64,000 bases of DNA from Novosphingobium sp. Its GTDB lineage: Bacteria > Pseudomonadota > Alphaproteobacteria > Sphingomonadales > Sphingomonadaceae. Position numbers and translations under genes: made by a program. Every line of letters begins with the position of its first letter. Position 1 is the stretch's first letter. Shown here piece by piece: positions 50,202 to 60,095 of the stretch. The stretch covers positions 76,051 to 140,050 of the forward strand of contig JANNAE010000009.1 of the NCBI GenBank assembly GCA_031383985.1, read 5' to 3'. The notes beneath the pieces are model-generated. The model saw nothing but the letters and a program-made list of their open reading frames with translations, did not search any database and was not told the DNA's origin.

Positions 50202-51244
50202 CGGCTCAGTGTCCTTAGTAGAAAAGCGCGCAACCGGCCGGCTGTTGCGGCGTTCAGCGGGGCTAGCACGCTGCGCGCTGCTGCGGGAATGTGATCGGTG
50301 ACCTGCGGCCCGTTGGCGAACACGTAATGCTCGAACAGAGCACGCCAGATCGCCTTGTCCTGACCCGGAAGGTCGCGAATTGCGAGTATTGCGTGATTGA
50401 GCGCGTCTTGTGGCTGGCCGAGGAAGCGCGGCGTGTCACGCCACCAGTAATTGAGCAGAATGTTGAACGGCGCGAGGCCTTCGACATGATGCCACCACAT
50501 CGACGGGATGAACAGCGCATCGCCCGGCTCAAGCTCGGTCACTTGAGCCTGTTCGAGCGCCTCGGCGAAGTGCGGATGTGCCGCGAAATCTGGCGCATGG
50601 AAATCGACCATGCTGACCGCGCGGCCCGCAGGCGTGTTGTCGAGCGGTCCCAGGTAGAGGTTGCGAAACTGCTCAGGCGGAAAAAGCGTGAAGCGGCGGC
50701 GTCCGGCGACGCAGCAGGCAAGGTTGTCTGGAAAATCGTTGTGCGCGGCAATGCGCGTCGGCGTACCGATCCACAAGCTGACCAGCGGCTCGCGGGCGCC
50801 AAGGTCAAGCCGGTTTTCTTCGTGTACGCCGTCGAAGTGGGTGGGGACGTCGATCGACGCGAGGTAAACGGCGGGCGGATCGGCGCGGTCTTGGTTGGCG
50901 TCGATCTCACTGAAAATATCGGCTAGCTTGCCGCGTTCAGTGCGGAAATTCATCTCCATCGCCGCGTCGTAGTACATCCGGCCATCGTGGCCCGGTGGGC
51001 CGATCGACACGGCGAAAGGCACGGCGCGGGCGCGATCAAGCAGATAGGTCCGGGCCTCGCGTGCCGAGCGCAGCCCCGTCTTCACCAGCGGCCAATCAGC
51101 CACCAGTCCGCGGATCACGAAGGGCGTGCGTGCGCCCCGCAACAGCGCATCGAGAGCCGGCGCGGTGGCGGCCTCGCGCTCTACCACCGCCGGCATGGCG
51201 GCGAAGATCGAGGCCTCAGCCTCAGCCACCAGCCACCCGTGCAT
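50198..51244 (-). CDS. cupin-like (JmjC-type) domain protein
   Basis: AAHNDFPDN (HxD) and SMWWHHVEG motifs. The start is uncertain (51244 or 51196). The 51322 start in the track would overlap SapC extensively. Confidence 0.7.
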   Translation of the reverse strand: MHGWLVAEAEASIFAAMPAVVEREAATAPALDALLRGARTPFVIRGLVADWPLVKTGLRSAREARTYLLDRARAVPFAVSIGPPGHDGRMYYDAAMEMNFRTERGKLADIFSEIDANQDRADPPAVYLASIDVPTHFDGVHEENRLDLGAREPLVSLWIGTPTRIAAHNDFPDNLACCVAGRRRFTLFPPEQFRNLYLGPLDNTPAGRAVSMVDFHAPDFAAHPHFAEALEQAQVTELEPGDALFIPSMWWHHVEGLAPFNILLNYWWRDTPRFLGQPQDALNHAILAIRDLPGQDKAIWRALFEHYVFANGPQVTDHIPAAARSVLAPLNAATAGRLRAFLLRTLSR

Positions 51245-51941
51245 TCTTGCGCGCAACCAGTTCCGAAAACTGCGACAGTGAGGCCAACACCATGAAGATT
51301 GGCAGCAGATGCCCCTCGGCATGGAGAACGCCTAATGCCTCGCCGTCCAGCCCAGCAAGGCGGCTTTCGTCAATCGTATGGAAGCCAACCAGCGAATGCT
51401 TCGAGCCGTCATCGAGTGGCACTTCGAGCGTAAACGGCTCGAGCAAGGCATAACGTTCCAACGCAGCGAAGAAGGCCGGACTCTCGCGATAACCAAAATC
51501 GAGGTCACCGAGTTTTTCGGCAATGGCTTCGAGGTAAGGGGTTGGCTTGCCGTCCTCATCAAAGACCCGGGTGCCTTCCCCGTTCTGCGCGATGCGCGGA
51601 TGGCCCATATCTATATGCACTTGTGCCTCGCCGTCCTTGGCTGCTGGACGGCCGACCAGGAATGGCTGAATGGCAAGTGCCAGCGGGCGGTACCTTGCAT
51701 CCCAGCGGGTGCCTTCGAGAAACAGGTTTTCACCGTTTTCGAAACCAAACAACGCCAGAGCGGAGAAGTTGCCGGTTTCGATGTCGCGACGAAACACGAT
51801 CGGGAAGTGCCCCTGTACCTGGCGGAATTCGGCTGGCACGGTGAGGCAGGCCATCACGCTGTCGCCATGCTCCGTCCCCGCTTCGGTGTGCACCCTGAGG
51901 TCACCGTGATCGGAGTTGTTGAGGATTTGGTGGTTACTCAT
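51222..51941 (-). CDS. SapC family protein
   Basis: The size, the pattern [11 protein letters not shown]...FPIVF and the position between halogenase-like and cupin genes are typical of TonB-receptor loci. Confidence 0.7.
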   Translation of the reverse strand: MSNHQILNNSDHGDLRVHTEAGTEHGDSVMACLTVPAEFRQVQGHFPIVFRRDIETGNFSALALFGFENGENLFLEGTRWDARYRPLALAIQPFLVGRPAAKDGEAQVHIDMGHPRIAQNGEGTRVFDEDGKPTPYLEAIAEKLGDLDFGYRESPAFFAALERYALLEPFTLEVPLDDGSKHSLVGFHTIDESRLAGLDGEALGVLHAEGHLLPIFMVLASLSQFSELVARKNARVAGG

Positions 51942-53491
51942 CGTGTGACGAATTCTCCATGGGTTGCCTGCGGTTCAGCCTGCGCGGCTACAGCGAGGAA
52001 ATAGTTTCGGTTTGCGGGCAGCGCCGCGGCAAGGGCGCGGGCGCGCTCCCGCACATCGATCAGGCGTCCGGCGGCAACGGGTGAGGGCTCAGCGCCCGGC
52101 TGCGGCACCGGGAACCCCATACCGTAAAGTACATATTGCTGGCTGGCGGCGGGAAATATTTCGTCCACACGCGGCAAGTCCCATGCCGACGGCGGCTGAT
52201 CGTGCCACAGGGCAAGGTTTTCGGCTAGCCGCGCGGGGATCGTTTCGGGGGCACGCTGCGCCTGCCAATAGGGTTCCTCGCGGCGGCTGAGGACATAGTG
52301 CAGTTTGAGAAATTCGACGATCCGGTCCCAGCGATAATGGAACAGTTCGTTGAAGCGCGCGGCGTGGATATCCATGGTCGCGCGGCTCCCCGGGAAGTTC
52401 GCGGCAAGCGCCGTGAGCGACAGTTCGATCATGACGATCGCCGATGCCTCGAGCGGCTCGATGAAGCCTGCTGACAGCCCGACTGCCAGACAGTTGCGCT
52501 CCCAGAACCGCGCGCGGTGTCCGGTCGCAAAAGAGAGCTTGCGCGGCGAGACTATGGCAGGATCAATGCTGGACACATGCAGGCGCAGGTATTCCGCCAG
52601 AACCCGTTCCGCCGCTTCGTCCGTCATAAAACGGGAGCTATAGACGCAGCCGATGCCGCGACGGGTGGGCAAAGCAATGTCCCACAGCCAGCCCGCCTCA
52701 TGCGCCGTACCAACGGTTTGCGAGGCCACCGCGCTGTCAGGCGCCACCGGCACTTGCACCGCCAGGGCACGGTCGTTGAACGAGACGTCCGAGCGGTCGA
52801 TCCACCCGGCACCGAAATGCCCGCCGATGAGGATCGCAGCCTGGCCCGAGCAATCGATGAAGAAATCGCCGGCGAGCATTGCGCTGCCCCGCAGTTCCAG
52901 CGCTGCTATGTCGCCGTCGGCGCTTGCCACAACGCCGGTTACTTCGGCAGAAACTCTGACAACCCCCAGACGGTCGGTGGCGTGCCGGGCCAGCAAGGCC
53001 GCGAATTTTCCGGCGTCGAGATGGTAGCCGTAGTTCAAGGCTCCGGCATAATCGGGCATGGCGCGCTGTCTGGGCGCAAGATCGCGCGCACAGACCGCAT
53101 CCTGCGCCGTCATCGCGGCGGCAAACGGCGTGTCGGCACCGCTCAACTGCCAGGCAGCCAGCAGATTGCGCATGTCGCCTGGCGGAGGCGCGGTGAACGG
53201 GTGAAGATAGCTGTCGCCAGCCGACCCATCGACCCATCCGTCGAAGCGCGAACCCTGCTTGAACGAGGCATCGCATTCGCGGAGGAATTCAGCCTCGGCG
53301 ATGCCAATCGTCGCCAGCGTCTCGCGCATGGTTGGCCAGGTGCCCTCGCCGACTCCGATGGTGGGAATATCAGGGGCCTCGACCAGCGTAATCGCCAGCC
53401 CGGGCTGTTTTGCCGCGAGCAGGCAGGCGGCCAGCCAGCCGGCGGTGCCCCCGCCCACAATCACGACCCGCTGAATTGAACTACCCATCAC
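51938..53491 (-). CDS. tryptophan-halogenase-like FAD-dependent protein (copy 3, divergent)
   Basis: [37 protein letters not shown] and [11 protein letters not shown]. The WxWxIP motif is altered to WLWDIA. Confidence 0.85.
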   Translation of the reverse strand: MMGSSIQRVVIVGGGTAGWLAACLLAAKQPGLAITLVEAPDIPTIGVGEGTWPTMRETLATIGIAEAEFLRECDASFKQGSRFDGWVDGSAGDSYLHPFTAPPPGDMRNLLAAWQLSGADTPFAAAMTAQDAVCARDLAPRQRAMPDYAGALNYGYHLDAGKFAALLARHATDRLGVVRVSAEVTGVVASADGDIAALELRGSAMLAGDFFIDCSGQAAILIGGHFGAGWIDRSDVSFNDRALAVQVPVAPDSAVASQTVGTAHEAGWLWDIALPTRRGIGCVYSSRFMTDEAAERVLAEYLRLHVSSIDPAIVSPRKLSFATGHRARFWERNCLAVGLSAGFIEPLEASAIVMIELSLTALAANFPGSRATMDIHAARFNELFHYRWDRIVEFLKLHYVLSRREEPYWQAQRAPETIPARLAENLALWHDQPPSAWDLPRVDEIFPAASQQYVLYGMGFPVPQPGAEPSPVAAGRLIDVRERARALAAALPANRNYFLAVAAQAEPQATHGEFVTR

Positions 53492-53525
53492 CCGTCAGCC
53501 ATAGCGGACATTCGTCCATCCTGAT

Positions 53526-53560
53526 AAAAAAAGAGCCGCACTGACGATCAGTGCGGCTCC
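53526..53560 (-). terminator. rho-independent terminator candidate after the TonB receptor gene (minus strand)
   Basis: On the minus strand, a GGAGCCGCACTG-ATCGT-CAGTGCGGCTC stem-loop is followed by TTTTTTT. Confidence 0.7.
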
Positions 53561-53595
53561 TTGATACCCAACCGTTTCGGATCAACCCTTCCGGA

Positions 53596-56556
53596 TCAGA
53601 AACCGAACCGCACACCCGCAGCATAGCGGGCATAACCCGGCGCCGAGAAGAACACGATCTGATCATTGCGCTGATGACCCTTGCGATCGGCGTTGGTAAT
53701 GTTGATGCCCTCGACAAAGACGGTGAGGCCCTTGCGGACTTCGTAGCTCGCGCTGACATCAAACTGGCCATAGGCTTCGATATAATAGGGATCGTTGCCA
53801 TAACCACTCAGGAATTCGTCACGCCAGTTGTAGGCGACACGGGCCTGAAGGCCGTTCTTGTCGTAATAGAGCACAGCATTGGCACTGTCGCTGACGCCGT
53901 CCACCGCAAATTGTCGTACATGATAATTCAGGGCATCATTGTATTTCGTGTCGCTCTTGACCACAGTGTAGTTGAGGATCACGCCGAAACCGGTCTCCCA
54001 CAACTTGTGCTGGACTGCAAACTCCCAGCCCCAAAGCTTGGCCTTTTGCGTGCTGTTGAACGGCTGGGTGATCACGAAATTGACCAGCGTATCGGTCGAT
54101 TGTCCAATGGCGTCAAAATTCGCGTCGAGCGTCCCGGGGAAGTTGGCCTTAAAATAGGCCCTGAGCTGGTCTGCCGTCGCGGTTGGCCCGAGGGCCGCCC
54201 TTGCTGCAGCGGCGCGGGGTCCAACCGCCGCATTGGTCAGGCCGAACGCAGGCGTATTAACCACCGTAGTACCGATGTAGTTACCGACGTCCTTGTGGAA
54301 GAACCCGACCGACACATAGCTCTCCCGGTCGTAATACCACTCAGCCGACAGGTCGATGTTCTTAGATTTGAACGGCAACAGGCCGGGATTGCCTCTGCTG
54401 CCTTCGCTGCCGCCGATGCGGATCGGCGAATTGAGGGTCGTGCCGCCCTGCAGATTGTCATAGCTCGGCCGGGTGATGGTGTGGCTGTAGGCCGCGCGCA
54501 GCTTGACGTTGTTGATCGGCTCCATGTCAAAGTCGATCGCCGGCAGCCAGTTTTCATAATCGCCTTTCAGCGTCGTGAAATCCTGCGCCGCGCCATAGAC
54601 GATCGCGGTTTCGTTGCCATAGCTCCAGACGGTTCCGGTCGGGATCGGCACCAGCGCCGATGAATCGATCTTGGTCTTTTCGTACCGCAGACCCAACCGC
54701 AGATGCCCCGGGTTACCCCCAAGATCGAATTCATGCGTCGATTGGATGTAGGGAGCAATCGTCTTCTCCTGGATGCGGCGATCGGCTGTGTATTTGGCCA
54801 GGCAAGTGCCGGGCTGGGCAAGGCCGCCTCCACTGCAGATCTTACGCTGGCTTTCAAGCAACGTGATCAGCCCGACCGTGTTGACCTCGAAATAGCTGGG
54901 AATGATGCCGGCCGTGTTCGAACCCGCTACGCCCGCCAGACGATCCGGCAGCCCGACGATATTGTAGAGGTTATCAGGCGTCTCGGCTGCGGACAGGGTA
55001 CCGCCCCAGGTGTCGTTCTGGATGTTGCCGAAGGCTGACCGCACCTTGTTCTCGGTATAGGTTACCCCGAAATCGAGGCTTTTGATGAGGGACGCGTCAA
55101 AATCATATCCGCCCTTGAACGAGAACTCATTGATCTCGTCGCGCATGTACCCGTTGCGGAAGGCGTTGCCGGCCGGGCGGATATTCGCCGCATTGATTTC
55201 AGCCCCGGGATACATGGTGACCGAGATCACCGGTATGTCGGTGGTAAAGTCGACCCTCTGCGTTTTCACGCCGAAGATCGCGCTGCCGATCGCGATGTTG
55301 CTGCCGTACGGGGTTGTCGGCTTGCTTTCCGCCGTTGAGTGATGACCATCGACCGCCAGCCGCAGGCCGCCTGGGCCGTCCCACGCGATGTTGCCGCCAA
55401 TCGATTTGTTGATCGAACGGTTGGCCGCGACCGCGCCGGTGATGGCAAGGTCCTTGCCCTCGCCGGGGGCAAAATTTTCGGCATAGAAGTTGGGGCCAGC
55501 GGCCGGGCCATCGGTCCAGCTGCTTTCCGTCTGGAAGTGATTGAACCACACGCCGATGCTGTTGGTGCGCGAATCAAACGTATTCTGCGAAAATGTGTAG
55601 TCGATCACAGCCGAGAGCGTGTCGGTCGGCTTGACCTGCAGGACGACCTGGCCGTTGATCCGCTTGCGCTCGAAATCGGTGAAATCATAGCCGGCGTTCT
55701 GCGTCACTTGATAGACATCAGTCGGATCCGGGCGATTGAGGGTCTTGCTGAAGTTGCCGCGCCAATCGTTGTTGGCGAATGGCAGCGCACCCCATTCGTT
55801 CTCCGCCGATCCGAGATAGCCTTCGCGCCAGCCAGCGTTAAACTGCGCCTGGCTTCCCTTGCGATCCTGATACGAACCGGTGACCAGGATGCCGATTTTT
55901 CCGTCGGCGAAAGTGTCGCTGATGATGCCCGACACCTCAGGCGTGATGTTGGTGCCATCGAAGCGCGAGGTGTCGTAGACCGCCTTAGCGCCGATGCTGC
56001 CCCGGAAACCGGGGCGATCGAGCGGGCGCGGGGTCTTGATGTTGATAACCGAACCGATGCCGCCGGTGGGCAGGCCAGCACGGCCCGACTTGTAGACTTC
56101 GACTCCGGCAACGCCTTCGGAAGCGAGGTTGCCAAAATCAAAGCTGCGCGAAGAGGGCACCCCGCTGCCAAGGCTTGAGGCCGGCATCTGGCGGCCGTTC
56201 AGCAAGACCAGATTGAAGCTCGGGCCGAACCCACGAACCGTGACTGTCGAGCCTTCGCCGCTGTTGCGGTCGATCGAAACGCCAGTGATGCGCTGGAGTG
56301 ATTCGGCGAGGTTGGTGTCAGGGAACTTGCCGATGTCTTCAGCTGAAATCGCATCGATCACGCCCTGCGAATCGCGCTTCAGATCCAGTGATTGGCGGAG
56401 GCTGGCGCGGATCCCGCTGACGAGGATTTCGTCCGCCGCACTTGCGGTACCGGGGCTTGCATCCTGCGCAAAGACTGGCTGAGCGCCAATCACAATTGCA
56501 ACTGCAGACGCACTCAGCATGAGACGCCCAAAAGCAGGTGTGCGCGATCCGTTCAT
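53596..56556 (-). CDS. TonB-dependent receptor
   Basis: The start at 56556 is preceded by GGGAGGG. Signal peptide ...SAVAIVIGAQPVFAQ, plug motif DEILVSGIR and C-terminal GVRFGF. Confidence 0.9.
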   Translation of the reverse strand: MNGSRTPAFGRLMLSASAVAIVIGAQPVFAQDASPGTASAADEILVSGIRASLRQSLDLKRDSQGVIDAISAEDIGKFPDTNLAESLQRITGVSIDRNSGEGSTVTVRGFGPSFNLVLLNGRQMPASSLGSGVPSSRSFDFGNLASEGVAGVEVYKSGRAGLPTGGIGSVINIKTPRPLDRPGFRGSIGAKAVYDTSRFDGTNITPEVSGIISDTFADGKIGILVTGSYQDRKGSQAQFNAGWREGYLGSAENEWGALPFANNDWRGNFSKTLNRPDPTDVYQVTQNAGYDFTDFERKRINGQVVLQVKPTDTLSAVIDYTFSQNTFDSRTNSIGVWFNHFQTESSWTDGPAAGPNFYAENFAPGEGKDLAITGAVAANRSINKSIGGNIAWDGPGGLRLAVDGHHSTAESKPTTPYGSNIAIGSAIFGVKTQRVDFTTDIPVISVTMYPGAEINAANIRPAGNAFRNGYMRDEINEFSFKGGYDFDASLIKSLDFGVTYTENKVRSAFGNIQNDTWGGTLSAAETPDNLYNIVGLPDRLAGVAGSNTAGIIPSYFEVNTVGLITLLESQRKICSGGGLAQPGTCLAKYTADRRIQEKTIAPYIQSTHEFDLGGNPGHLRLGLRYEKTKIDSSALVPIPTGTVWSYGNETAIVYGAAQDFTTLKGDYENWLPAIDFDMEPINNVKLRAAYSHTITRPSYDNLQGGTTLNSPIRIGGSEGSRGNPGLLPFKSKNIDLSAEWYYDRESYVSVGFFHKDVGNYIGTTVVNTPAFGLTNAAVGPRAAAARAALGPTATADQLRAYFKANFPGTLDANFDAIGQSTDTLVNFVITQPFNSTQKAKLWGWEFAVQHKLWETGFGVILNYTVVKSDTKYNDALNYHVRQFAVDGVSDSANAVLYYDKNGLQARVAYNWRDEFLSGYGNDPYYIEAYGQFDVSASYEVRKGLTVFVEGINITNADRKGHQRNDQIVFFSAPGYARYAAGVRFGF

Positions 56557-56607
56557 TCCAGTTTCCCTCCCAATTTTCGTACGATCCAAGTCTGTGGATC
56601 ACCGAAT

Positions 56608-56636
56608 GTGAACGTTCACTAGATTATAACGTTCAC
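56608..56636. promoter_or_regulatory. tandem operator candidates GTGAACGTTCAC (perfect palindrome, 56608-56619) and TATAACGTTCAC (56625-56636)
   Basis: Read directly from the sequence, about 50-80 bp upstream of the TonB receptor start. The central CG is typical of LacI/GalR operators. Confidence 0.5.
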
Positions 56637-56640
56637 TTGG

Positions 56641-56844
56641 TCAAGGTGTTGTAGGTTCGATGACCGGCAAATCGCCGACAATCCCGAAGCTGCCGGCCCC
56701 ACCATCAACCGCTCGAATTCCATTGTCGCCTTTTCAGTCTCGATTTCGGCGAGCTAGTCTCCCACCTTGACCGCGTCTCCTGCGGCGACCAGCCACCTGG
56801 CAGGCGCGCCCGCTAAGAGCCGGAATTTTGAGGTCGAGAGGCAC
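56641..56844 (-). pseudogene. decayed N-terminal lipoyl domain of a 2-oxoacid dehydrogenase E2 (frameshifted, in-frame stop, truncated)
   Basis: Minus-strand translation gives VPLDLKIPALS in one frame, ARWLVAAGDAVKVGD-stop-LAEIETEKATMEFE in another, and AVDGGAGSFGIVGDLPVIEP in a third. There is no catalytic domain downstream. Confidence 0.7.
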
Positions 56845-56846
56845 TG

Positions 56847-59189
56847 TCAGTCTCCCAGGAACAATTCGGCGGCGGCATCGATAATGGCATCCGCGTCAAG
56901 CCGATAGGTGCGATACAGGTCGGGCAGGTCGCCGGTCTGGCCGAACCGGTCGACCCCGAGTGGACTGATCCGCATTCCCTTCACGCCGCCCAGCCAAGAC
57001 AAGGCACTGGGCGATCCGTCGATCACAGTGACCAATCCGGCACCCGGTGCCATTGCCGAAAGCAACGTCTCTACATGGCTTGGCGCGCTGCCATTCCCAG
57101 CCCAGCGCGCCGCGCGCCGCGCAGACCAATCACGATGCAGCAGGTCTGGCGAAGTAACATTGAGGATCCCGAGGCCGGGAATATCGTCAATCAAGGCCTC
57201 GCAGGCAGCGAGCGCTTCTGGCGCGATAGCTCCGGTAAACGCAATCGCAGCTTCTGCGCCCGGTGCTGGCCGCCAAAGCCAATATCCACCTTTCAGCGCG
57301 TCGGCCTCCCACGCATCATTTTCCCTGACTTGCTGGGCAATCGCACGCGTGCTCAGCCTCAGATAAACCGAACTGCCATCGGGGCGCTGCATATAGTCGA
57401 ATGCCCAGCGCATGAAGAGCGCGACCTCATCGGCCCAGGCGGGTTCGAAATAGGCAAGATTGGGCTGGCCCATGCCAATGAGCGGGGTGTTGATCGATTG
57501 GTGCGCGCCGCCTTCGGGTCCAAGTGTCAAGCCTGAGGGCGTACCTACCAGCAGGAAGCGGGAATCCGAATAGCAACCATAGTTGAGTGCATCGAGACCG
57601 CGCGAAATGAAGGGGTCATACACCGTACCCACCGGGATTAGCCGGGTGCCGAAATGCGGCCCGGCAAGCCCGAGAGACGTCATCATCAGGAAGAAGTTGT
57701 TCTCGGCGATCCCCAATTCGATATGCTGACCTGCGGCATGCGCCGCCCATTTTTGTGCCGAGGGAATTTTCGCCTCGCGGAAAATGTCTGCCACCTCGGC
57801 GCGGCGGAACAGTCCGCGCTGGTTGACAAAACCACCCAGATTTGTCGTCTGGGTCACGTCTGGCGCGGTGGTTACGATCCGGTTCGCCAGTTCTTCGCCA
57901 GATTTGGCCAGATCAAGCATGACATGGCCGAACGCAGCCTGGGTCGACTGTGTCTCACCCTGCGGAACGGGCAGCCGGGCAGGAACTGTTACAGCAATCG
58001 GGGAAGGTTCGGCGGGCTTGCTCGCCAATACGCTTGTCTCGACAAAAGCCTTGAGCCGCGCTGCCGCATTGTCTCCCAAGCCGCTATAGGGGTTCCATTC
58101 ATCGCCTTCGCTGATGCCCATGCTGGTGCGCAATCGATCCATCTGCGGCGGGTTCATCATGCCGCTGTGATTGTCCTTATGGCCTGCAAGAGGAAGGCCA
58201 TATCCCTTGACCGTATAGGCAATGAACAGCGTCGGGCGTTCATCCTGGGCGCTGTCGAACGCGTCAATCAGCGATTCAACACAGTGCCCGCCCAGATTGG
58301 TCATCACGGCAGCGAGACCTTCATCATCAAAGCTTTCGAGCAGCTTCTTCACATTGGGCTTGGTGCCAATGTCTGCCATGAGGCGGGTGCGCCAAGCGGT
58401 CCCGCCCTGATAGGTCAGCACGGCGAATTCGGCATTGGGGCAGTTTTCGATCCAATCCTCTACCGATTTGCCCCCGGGTCGAGCAAAGACCTCGCGCTGC
58501 AATTTCCCGCTCTTCAACGTGATCACTCGCCAGCCGCACGTTTCGAAGATGTCGTCAAAGCGGCGGAACATGCGATCGGCTGTCGTGCTGTCGAGCGACT
58601 GGCGGTTGTAATCGACTACCCACCAGCAATTACGGATGTCGTGTTTGTACCCCTCGATCAGGCATTCATAGATATTCCCTTCATCGAGCTCGGCATCGCC
58701 CATTAGCGAAATCATGCGTCCCGCATCGCTTTCGGCCAGCCGACCATGCGCAATGAGATAGTCCTGCACCAGACTGGAAAAGGCGGTGATCGCCACGCCC
58801 AGCCCGACCGAGCCGGTCGAGAAATCGACCGGGATCGTGTCCTTAGTGCGCGAAGGATAGCTTTGCGCACCACCCAGTCCGCGAAAACGTTGCAGTTGTT
58901 CAAGCGACTGGTTGCCGAGCATGTAATGGATGGCTTGGAGAACCGGTCCGGCGTGCGGCTTCACAGCGACCTTGTCCTGCGGACGCAGCGCGTGGAAATA
59001 GAGCGCTGCCATGATAGCCGTCATCGAAGCACAGCTGGCCTGATGCCCGCCGACCTTGAGTCCGTCGCGCTTTTCGCGGAGATGGTTGGCGTTATGGACG
59101 ATCCAGGAGGAAAGCCAGCGTAACCGCGCGTCCAGCAACTCAAGGGCCAGTAACGTTTCGGCGCGGGTGTCTGCAATTTTGATGGCCAT
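56847..59189 (-). CDS. thiamine-diphosphate-dependent E1-like enzyme (homodimeric pyruvate dehydrogenase E1 / transketolase-like)
   Basis: HNANHLREKRDGLKVGGHQASCAS and the TPP-binding motif GDAELDEGNIYE. 780 aa. Confidence 0.8.
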   Translation of the reverse strand: MAIKIADTRAETLLALELLDARLRWLSSWIVHNANHLREKRDGLKVGGHQASCASMTAIMAALYFHALRPQDKVAVKPHAGPVLQAIHYMLGNQSLEQLQRFRGLGGAQSYPSRTKDTIPVDFSTGSVGLGVAITAFSSLVQDYLIAHGRLAESDAGRMISLMGDAELDEGNIYECLIEGYKHDIRNCWWVVDYNRQSLDSTTADRMFRRFDDIFETCGWRVITLKSGKLQREVFARPGGKSVEDWIENCPNAEFAVLTYQGGTAWRTRLMADIGTKPNVKKLLESFDDEGLAAVMTNLGGHCVESLIDAFDSAQDERPTLFIAYTVKGYGLPLAGHKDNHSGMMNPPQMDRLRTSMGISEGDEWNPYSGLGDNAAARLKAFVETSVLASKPAEPSPIAVTVPARLPVPQGETQSTQAAFGHVMLDLAKSGEELANRIVTTAPDVTQTTNLGGFVNQRGLFRRAEVADIFREAKIPSAQKWAAHAAGQHIELGIAENNFFLMMTSLGLAGPHFGTRLIPVGTVYDPFISRGLDALNYGCYSDSRFLLVGTPSGLTLGPEGGAHQSINTPLIGMGQPNLAYFEPAWADEVALFMRWAFDYMQRPDGSSVYLRLSTRAIAQQVRENDAWEADALKGGYWLWRPAPGAEAAIAFTGAIAPEALAACEALIDDIPGLGILNVTSPDLLHRDWSARRAARWAGNGSAPSHVETLLSAMAPGAGLVTVIDGSPSALSWLGGVKGMRISPLGVDRFGQTGDLPDLYRTYRLDADAIIDAAAELFLGD

Positions 59190-59339
59190 CGGGAATCTCC
59201 GGATATCTCTTGAATGCCCATAGCTGGACCGCCCAGGGCATGTCCTTGCAAATCCATGCGTAATTTGGTACTAAATTGCTATAAATTACCAACACAAAGA
59301 CAATCAAAGATAGATTATGCCAGTTTATGCGGAAGATGG

Positions 59340-59607
59340 CTAATACCAACCTGCGGTGATCCTGACCTATGAGGACGGTTTCTGGTGGTTCTCGGCAAGG
59401 AGCGTCCGAGGTGACGATGTGGTGCATCGTTACGAGGGCGCGACGCAGTCCGAGGGCCACCAGAAACCGCCCGTAGGGTTGGCAGTTCCGCCCGCTGGCA
59501 GCGTCGGAGCGTCGCGACGATGAACCACATCGGCGCTTCCGCTCCTTCTCGCCAGCGAACGGGACTGTCAATCCTCATAGGTCAGGATCACCGCAGGTTG
59601 GTATTAG
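59340..59607. repeat. 268-bp MITE-like palindromic element bounded by perfect 36-bp inverted repeats
   Basis: The left repeat is CTAATACCAACCTGCGGTGATCCTGACCTATGAGGA (59340-59375), and its exact reverse complement lies at 59572-59607. The subterminal arms are also partly complementary (GGTTTCTGGTGG/CCACCAGAAACC and CGATGTGGT/ACCACATCG). Confidence 0.75.
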
Positions 59608-59699
59608 GCCGCAAAATTCTGGAGCAGTTGCCGGCATCGGACCCGGTGGCATGGGGATAGATCAGCAATGCCGCATTTTCGGTCAGGCTTTCGTCGTCT

Positions 59700-60090
59700 G
59701 CAACCAACGTCGTCACCTTGCCGAGCGCCGAAACCGATAGATATTTGGGCGTTCTTGAGCTTGTTGAAGCAGCGTTCGACCGTATTGCGCAGGGCTTAGA
59801 TTACGGTGTTGACGGGCAGTTGAAACACACCGTTGCGCTTGGTCGGGATCATCGCAGTGCCGCCGCGCCACCGTTGATCTAGGCGACATGTTCGCCACAC
59901 GTCAAAGGCCGGGACGGACACCGCTGGGTCTGGCGCGAGGATCGCCGCATCCTCGGCGAAATCGTCATCGAGGATCGCGGCGGCCGAGGCCGATATAGAG
60001 TAGGTGATTGCGCCATTCTCTCCCCGGGCTTTCGACATGGTTCCCGCGATCGCGGCGCAACTGGACCGGGAACCCATAGATTATCGGGCC
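59700..60090 (-). mobile_element. IS5-family-like transposase C-terminal remnant (pseudogene)
   Basis: The minus strand encodes ...GGTAMIPTKRNGVFQLPVNTVI-stop-ALRNTVERCFNKLKNA, resembling the IS5-family IP-x-K-x-N ... RN-x-VER-x-FN-x-LK block. It is interrupted by a stop, and the N-terminal two-thirds are absent. Confidence 0.5.
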
Positions 60091-60095
60091 AGCAC

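Noticed and set aside
48672-50294. 540-aa plus-strand ORF opposite the halogenase-like gene. Similar long shadow ORFs occur at 17024-18010, 19696-20661, 20756-21769, 24558-25670, 35887-37146, 41270-42628, 42324-43343, 53551-54663 and 57654-58706.
   Set aside because: All are antisense to genes with strong family motifs and show shadow-ORF composition. None has a plausible RBS or conserved domain pattern.
59255-59335. PdhR/GntR-like operator in the AT-rich region upstream of the E1-like gene (TGGTA...TACCA)
   Set aside because: The half-sites are about 17 bp apart and are not a true dyad of the ATTGGT-n3-ACCAAT type. The pattern is consistent with chance in AT-rich promoter DNA.
59340-59607. 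Retron msr/msd or another RT-associated ncRNA, given the flanking inverted repeats and internal stems
   Set aside because: There is no reverse transcriptase gene nearby. The adjacent coding remnant is transposase-like, so a MITE or IS-end origin is the simpler explanation.
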